Below are positions 57,048 to 64,000 of a stretch of 64,000 bases of DNA, one piece after another. The translations under genes were made by a program, and so were the position numbers. How positions within the stretch are numbered: the stretch's first letter is position 1; each line of letters begins with the position of its first letter. The DNA comes from Trichoplax adhaerens (taxonomy: Eukaryota > Animalia > Placozoa): positions 310,001 through 374,000 of the forward strand of contig NW_002060962.1 of assembly GCF_000150275.1 (NCBI RefSeq), in the 5' to 3' direction. Below the pieces are notes generated by a model. That model had not been told where the DNA came from. It searched no databases and saw only the letters and a list, made by a program, of their open reading frames with translations.

Positions 57048-59460
57048 ATGGGTATGTAGCCGACTCCTCTCCATGCTTTTATATTGCTCTAATATCACAT
57101 CCATCGGTTACTTTTTCAGACATTTACATAACTTTTATGCTCGCTGTAGTCACTTTGAATCATCTTTTCTACTTAGTTTAATTTTTCCAACAGTCTTTTT
57201 GTAAATTTTTTCCGTTTTATTGATTAGCATTTGGTAAGAGTGTGCTCTTCGTTGCTATACTACCATTTCACTGAAACTATCCTGTACAATTATATGAATC
57301 ACCCAGGACATGCTTTTTTGTACAATTTGCTATGGCTATGAACAACATGCTCATAGTAATAATCGCGGAAGAGGGATTAGAGATACGTTCAGTTGACTAC
57401 TCATGATCGTTTTTAGCAAGTAGCTCATTCTCCATCATATTACAGTAAAGTGGCCTTATTCCCGTAATGATTCGTATAGAGTACAGGATTAGTTGGCGAT
57501 ACGACTAGTCGAGATTGGATTAGCTCGCTAGTTCGTAGTATATGGAGACTTGGATGTCTATCTCTCTTGCGGTCGAACTTTGCCACTACAGTACTGCATA
57601 ATTGACAGTAGTTGCAGTTTCTTTAAACAGGATGCACGTTGATCATATATTTTGATGATAGTAAATGATGGTGTCCGATATGATGGATAAGTTTGACCTT
57701 GTGCATGTCTTAGTAATATTGAGTAAAGAGCAAATCTATTTCTGCAGACTTGAGTGTTTTAGCAATCCTTTACACGCCAATTTAATGTCATATTCAAATA
57801 CTGATGACGATAGGGTTATTAATTTTTATTGTATGATTAACGCAGGTATTTCTCGTGACTCTTGGCATAAAAGGCGAAGTACCAGTGGGCGAAAAGCCCC
57901 TCTTCGTAAGAAGAGAAAGTTCGAATTAGGCCGACAGCCTGCTATGACGAAGGTTTGTCGATCTGTTATTTAATTATCAACTCTTGATAAAAGCAAATAA
58001 TAATCGATAGAACTACTCTGGTATTAAATTATCCTTCGTAGTATTGGGCATAAAATTTCTACTATATACTTAACCGTAACTCCCTACGATTTACGACGCT
58101 AGTTGGCTAGAGTATTTTTTAGCATGCCTTGACTATGCTATTTTTTAGCTCCCTGCGGTTGCAGTGTAAAAATATCATGCATATTGGCCTTATTAGCAGA
58201 AGCAATCGACGCAGTACTAATTCTGAAATGATAAAATACTGGTATTTTACCTTACAATTTAAATAGTTGAAAATAATAAATGCTACTTAATTTTTACGTG
58301 AAGTGAAGTGTTACACCAAATTGTTAGAATCAAGGGTAGGGAATACTGTAGAAAGTAATTTGATTGAGGTATCTATCTCTCGCAAGGCGTAATTTTTAGA
58401 GTATTTTCATGCTTCACGGATCACTTGTCGTTATTATAAGTTTCAGTCTTGATTGTGCTTTTTTTTTACAAAGCTATTTCGTCCTTTTTAATTGTCATAC
58501 TACTTTTATTCTTATTAGATGGGAGCTAAGCGTATTCATACCGTACGAACTCGCGGTGGAAATTACAAATACCGCGCTCTACGTTTAGAAACTGGAAATT
58601 ATTCATGGGCTTCGGAAGGTAAGTACTTACTAAAAGGACAGTCTTATTTAAATTCCTTGTCTTTTACTGAGCATAGAAAGACCAGTATATCTGACAAGAT
58701 TGAAATTGTTAATGTAGCCATCAGCCGCAAAAGCCGTATATTAGATGTTGTCTACAATGCTAGCAACAACGAACTTGTTCGTACAAAGACTTTGGTTAAG
58801 AATTGCATTGTTCAAATCGACGCTACTCCTTTTAAGCAATGGTATTTATTAATGCTTACTTACGTACTATGTCATATATTTTATCCTAGATAATAAGTAG
58901 GCTGTCAATAGAGTGAATTTTAACTCGTCTAAGATAATAATGATGCGCCCTACAAGATAATTTCAAGTACTAACTACCTTTATTCGACTTAACAGGTATG
59001 AGAGCCACTACAATATCCCTATCGTACGTAAAAAGTCGAAACAACAGCAGGTATTACTACGATGCTACTTCAATTTGTATACGCGTACATGTAACATTTA
59101 AGAACCCGCCATTCATATGCCTATGTAGACTACGGAAGAAACTGAAGAGATAAGACGATCTAAGAGGGTAGAAAAGAAATTGGAAGCCAGAAAACGTTTT
59201 GCCAAGATCGCCTCTGCCTTAGAAGAACAATTCGGTACAGGACGTATTTATGGTAAGACATGTAGTACGATCAAATTATGAAATAATGTACACAAGTTAA
59301 TACTGCCATTACTTGATAACATAACATTAATCCAATACAACCTATTGTAGCATGTGTTGCGTCCAGACCTGGCCAGTGCGGTCGTTGCGATGGTTATATA
59401 CTGGAAGGAAAAGAATTGGAATTCTATTTAAAGAAAATCAGATCGAAGAAAACAAAGTAA
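57048..59460 (+). CDS. RPS8: 40S ribosomal protein S8 (eS8), 7 exons, 207 aa
   Basis: Exons 57048-57051 (ATGG), 57846-57952, 58519-58618, 58718-58841, 58996-59050, 59129-59252 and 59351-59460 sum to 624 nt: [33 protein letters not shown]|[72 protein letters not shown] pyrimidine-rich, 5'TOP-like tract (ttctttcttg) lies just upstream. Confidence 0.98.
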
Positions 59461-60358
59461 AATGTAGAACGTTTCTGTTCTTTCATTCTGGTAGATCTTT
59501 GTGTATATTTTACAAGTGGAATGTTGGAAATAAAATACTATTGAAATAAAGCTGTTATGTTTGATTTCGATCTCCTACATTTGACGATGCGAGAAATCAA
59601 CCCTGTGATAATTCGCTTTGCTAAGAAATCGCCTATGCAGCTTAGTTCTGCCTCAAGCTTTAGATTTTGCTGGAGCAATGTTATAATACAGAAGCTAGAT
59701 AAAGTTCCAATTTATTGAGGCTGTACTAATCCTATTAGAATGGTTTTACGCATTCTAAATTGTACAATCGAAATTACTGGTGCATGACACAAAAAACAAT
59801 TAAATTATGCGCTCTACATTCATAACAGGATAATTAATATACTTCTTAGTTATTATATGAAGTTTAAGATTGCAAGTGCAATCTTTCAGTGTCGTAATCA
59901 CAAACCTTACTATTAATTGATCATTTAATCTCGAACTATGGCAATCAAGCATCTACTGCACTATGTGCACAGGTTTCATGAGTAACTGCCTTTTCGCTAT
60001 GACTTTATAGCGAGCCATAATCGATTGTGTGTATTAGCAGTAATCATTTTGCATGGATAATACCAATGTTTACAAGAAATCGTCCTTATTTAGCGACACA
60101 AATCGCACAGAATAAGTATAAAATTGAATTTGCAGAGCAATAAGTTCGAGATATGTTAAGGTGTTTCACTAACAATTTCCAATTACTGTAGCAATGTATT
60201 AACTGACGATCATCTACCTTATTTTGAATATTATCTATTGGTACGAGCATTTTAGCAGCCTGAAACTGAATTATTTCACTTCGGTAATCGTATTCATGAA
60301 AGCATAATTGCCAATTCAGAAATATTAACGTACATGAAAGAGCCTTTCAAACTCTGAA

Positions 60359-61564
60359 TTAATTGCTAGATTCAGAAATGTTACAAGTAACTACTTTATG
60401 CCTGCCATATTTTCGCCAGTTAAAAGCATACCGCACAATTGTAAAAATTCCGAAGTAAAGAGAGCGAATATGATTAACTGTTAAAGATCGGATAAGAGCT
60501 AACTGCTCTTTAACTGTCAACACTGGAATAGATGTTGAATTTATATTATTTCGAATGTTGGCTATAATGTCGAATAGCAGACCAAGTAATTTTTTTACAC
60601 GCAACGCTTCTAAAACAAATACAATACCGCGAAAGGAATGGATACCCAAATTCAGTAAATATTTTAGTAATCGCCACAAATTACTTAAAGCGTCGGTTGT
60701 CTCTTCATCAATTAGAATCGTAAACAATAACTGCTCAATAAAGTCGTAAATTGAGATCCATGGAAAGGCAGAAGTAAACAATATACACACCGGTTTAAAG
60801 CATTTAAGCCAATAGTGGGTAAATCTCAACAGGGTCTGGTCCACGAAGGAAATGAAATAATCAAAGTAATGGCCCATAGCAATAACTAAAGGTTGTAATG
60901 AAACTTTAATAAAAGAGACATTCTTATATAATTGCCATGTCGCCCAAACTACCGAGAAAAGTGTATAGAGTACTACAATAAACTGTAGAAATTGACGAAA
61001 TCTTTTACTGTAGAGAGCAATAGGGATATAGATGATCCAGTGAGGTAAACCTTGTTGAACTATTCCAAGATTAACAACTCTCTTTTCTTGGATGAAGTCA
61101 ATTTGCGTATTTTGACTATTAAAAATCAGATCACTGGAATAACGATCACTTTTGGCATCAACATCTTTATCTTTGAATAACTTCTGTTTGGATTGTTGAT
61201 GTTTCTCAGCTCGATAAATATTTTTACCAGGTAGTGAGTGATCGCTTATGCTGTTAACGTCTTCAAAGATATTAGAAAAGCGATGCATACTGTGCAGAGA
61301 CTCATCATTATTACAACGGCAGATTTGATGGTACTTTTCTTCCCGGAAGCGAATGAACTGACTTAAAGAATCTCGCAACGTACCACAGTATTGAACATCT
61401 AACCTAGCAATAATAACGTCGGTCGATAAATAATTCCGGCGAGAGCTACATTGGCCTGCGATAATAGAATTAAAAATAAATGGAGTCGATTTATGAAACT
61501 CGGCGATTAATATCAAGTCTAACGAATCCAACATTTTTTCCTTGAAATTGGAATCCAATTTCAA
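60359..61564 (-). CDS. Uncharacterised ~390-400 aa protein with hydrophobic/putative transmembrane segments, single long coding exon
   Basis: 1.2-kb stop-free frame in ~33% GC DNA. First ATG at 61534, or spliced in via the acceptor near 61577. Hydrophobic stretches FLQFIVVLYTLFSVVWATWQLY and VCILFTSAFPWISIYDFIEQLLFTILI. Family not recognised; start uncertain. Confidence 0.7.
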   Translation of the reverse strand: MKLDSNFKEKMLDSLDLILIAEFHKSTPFIFNSIIAGQCSSRRNYLSTDVIIARLDVQYCGTLRDSLSQFIRFREEKYHQICRCNNDESLHSMHRFSNIFEDVNSISDHSLPGKNIYRAEKHQQSKQKLFKDKDVDAKSDRYSSDLIFNSQNTQIDFIQEKRVVNLGIVQQGLPHWIIYIPIALYSKRFRQFLQFIVVLYTLFSVVWATWQLYKNVSFIKVSLQPLVIAMGHYFDYFISFVDQTLLRFTHYWLKCFKPVCILFTSAFPWISIYDFIEQLLFTILIDEETTDALSNLWRLLKYLLNLGIHSFRGIVFVLEALRVKKLLGLLFDIIANIRNNINSTSIPVLTVKEQLALIRSLTVNHIRSLYFGIFTIVRYAFNWRKYGRHKVVTCNISESSN

Positions 61565-62165
61565 GTCGATAATTACCTACTGTATATTGTAGTGGATTAA
61601 TAATCGCTAGTCGTATCGACTGCAAGACCAGAACAAGTTTTGCAGGCCGTAGAAATAGGCAAGGAATTAGCTATAGTAACAGATAGGAGAGCGTTGGCTT
61701 GAAACGACACTTACTAATAATTTGCTACTGAATCCAGTACTAGTGTTATACGGAAATACTTATATATCTTCAAAGTAGGGTAGTAGGTGTGCAGATAATT
61801 AAGAATCATTATTACGATTAGGTTGAGGCATTTATCCACCATTATGCTCATCACAAGAATTTATGTTTTATTTGTCTAATAAAAGAGAGTAGATCGGTAT
61901 AACATCGACATATTACGATTCAAGAATGCAAAATCATTGCTATCAATATACGACATAATCATCAAGTGAAAGTGTTAGAATTCAAAAGAATATTAAACAG
62001 CTTTGAAAATGGAAGGAAACCGTAATGATAACCCTAACTTTTTATTTACATATTATTTTCACTAAAAATTGTAGTACTGTACCAGTTTACAAATAGCTGG
62101 ACTTTTATCCTAGATTTGCTATAGTAGGTATGTAATCTAAGGCGATAATATACTATCAAACAAGA

Positions 62166-63912
62166 CTAAGGTTCCGGAGGAGGTGGCGGAGGTGGTGGTG
62201 GTGCCTGTTGCTATAGAGTAAGTACAGTAAATTCACACATCAGAAGTTTCAACATGTCAGTTTAATGACAAATAATAGTTGTAATAATCTTTTACCCATG
62301 GAGCGGTACCAGGAGGTGGAGGAGCAGTGACATTTTTTGAGTCAAATCCAGGCGCTGCAGCACCAGGTTGAAGCCAAGGCGCACCACCTGGATTAGGAAC
62401 ATTGGCTAGAATTAAATTAAAAGAGTAACTTCTAAGTATTTAATTAAAGTTATAATTGTCCAATAACTACGATTTATAGAGGTATGGTATTATTAAATTT
62501 AGAAACAGTGATGATAAAATTCAATGCGGTTGTAGCAAAAACTTAAAAAGATTTCATCTAATCTTCATAAATCAGCATCTGAACCTTGTTGCCAAGGAGC
62601 TGATGGTACAGCCGATGGATTTGTGTCCGAAGCAGCTAAACCAGGAGGAGGGGGGTTACCGCTTGGTACTGAAGAGAATAATGTACCGTATATTATTTTC
62701 ATTTGATAAAGACAATAAATAAGTAAACGATTATGTAGCAAATGTTGATCTACCTGATGGACCATGTGGTAGAGGTTGTTGCATTGGTGGATATCCCCAA
62801 GGTTGATAACCACCCCACGTAGGTTGAGGCATCATCGGATATCCATACGGAGGGAAAGCACCAAAACCGGGAGGACCAGGGGCCTAAGAAAAAGGTTGTA
62901 GTTATGATTATATTAGAGAAAATATTCTTAAAATGGATAATATCGTGTCATATTAATATGTCTATATTATGAGAAAGAATTGTACCATAGGCATATTTGT
63001 CATAGGCATCCCTGAAGCTGGAGGCATTGGATGAGGACCACCACTAATAGGTACAGATGTCGGAGCAGGAGCAGGAGCAGGAACAGGAGCAGGAGCAGGA
63101 GCAGGAGCTGGAGGTGCAGGAACTGCTGTGGTAGAAGTAGTAGTTGCAATAGTAGCAGTTGTGATTACGGTATTAAGATTAGTAGCAGGAGTAGATGTCG
63201 CTGCACTAGTAGTATCTGGTTTCTTAGTAATTTCTTCAGGGGCAGAGCCTTCACCCAGTTCGGCCATCAATGATAGGTACTGTGATAATCAATTACCATC
63301 AAGTTACGCCTTTCTTTAGTGGTTAAGTTGGATATCATTGCAAGTAAACTAATAACTACCAAATCGAGAGTATCACTACTTCAACAGATGGCCAATGTAA
63401 CTATAATAATCGAGTACGTTACTAAACTTAAAGGTACCCATACCTCATTATCCATTTTTTCTCTATCGATAACAGGTTCTACTGGCTCGTTACCACCTTC
63501 TTCGTTACTTCTAATTAAACCAGTAAGGAAGTGTAACATATCTAGAATATCGTGTAATATATTCTTTATAGAATAATAAAACATATTTATTTCTTACTTT
63601 TGTTTACAATCAGTTGCTACATGGCCAATACCACCGCATATGGTACATGCGATAGTACTTGTAAGATTTCGCTGCTCTGGGCATTCCCAGTAACGATGCC
63701 CAGTGGCTCCACAATTTCGACATCTATGTTGAATCATAAATAGAGTCAGGGATAATCAAACAATAAGTTTAGCTTGTAAGAAGTTATGCATACCTATTCA
63801 AATCTTCTTCTCTCAGTGTGCCATTTAATTGAGCTAGTTCACGAAGTTGCATACGTTTTAGATCATTTTGTCCTTCCGGAGAATCGATACCGCACTGAAT
63901 TATTTCATGTAT
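62166..63912 (-). CDS. SF1: Splicing factor 1 / branchpoint-binding protein, 3' part (5' end lies beyond the window)
   Basis: QUA2 motif [26 protein letters not shown]; two CCHC knuckles [16 protein letters not shown] and [14 protein letters not shown]; [16 protein letters not shown]; Pro-rich tail ending [10 protein letters not shown]. Confidence 0.95.
63061..63122 (-). repeat. Coding hexamer repeat (CCTGCT)n encoding a Pro-Ala tract in SF1
   Basis: The + strand reads ggagcaggagcaggagcaggaacaggagcagg..., translating to [17 protein letters not shown]. Confidence 0.85.
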
Positions 63913-64000
63913 CTGTAGTTAGATAATAAAATTTAGTTACAATGATAGTAGTGATTCTAGTAGTATATCTCCCAATCAGAAGTATGGTCAAAAATTTCGC

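Noticed and set aside
57650-57810. C/D-box-like motifs (TGATGA, CCGA, CTGA) in RPS8 intron 1
   Set aside because: Box spacing is atypical, there is no terminal stem, and I could not recognise an rRNA-complementary guide.
63031-63319. Plus-strand RS-rich and Val/Ala-rich ORFs
   Set aside because: Antisense shadows of the SF1 Pro/Ala/Thr-rich exon.

Overview
AT-rich eukaryotic (metazoan) genomic DNA with dense genes and many short (~70-150 nt) GT-AG introns. The composition and gene architecture suggest a placozoan such as Trichoplax; this is inference, not verified. Eleven protein-coding genes were assembled by hand from splice sites and reading frames: FBXW2 (+), ELP6 (-), a CCDC60-like gene (+), UNC45 (-), LSM6 (+), PSMD14/RPN11 (-), NOL6 (+), STAM (-), ZNF706 (-), RPS8 (+) and the 3' part of SF1 (-). 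There is also an unidentified ~400-codon intronless ORF with hydrophobic segments (-). The most unusual observation is that the CCDC60-like gene carries three tandem, intact Tec/Btk-type PH + Btk zinc-motif modules and an RRxS-rich exon spliced in frame between its N- and C-terminal halves, and it has an RFX X-box near its predicted first exon. Other notable signals: TACAG/CTGTA pentamer arrays that mark nearly every housekeeping promoter, a 501-bp MITE with 22-bp TIRs and an AT duplication in the UNC45/LSM6 promoter, a Helitron-like 3' end, a GC-rich island upstream of NOL6, and structured intronic hairpins in NOL6 and RPS8. Gene identifications rest on my recollection of family sequences; no database search was run.
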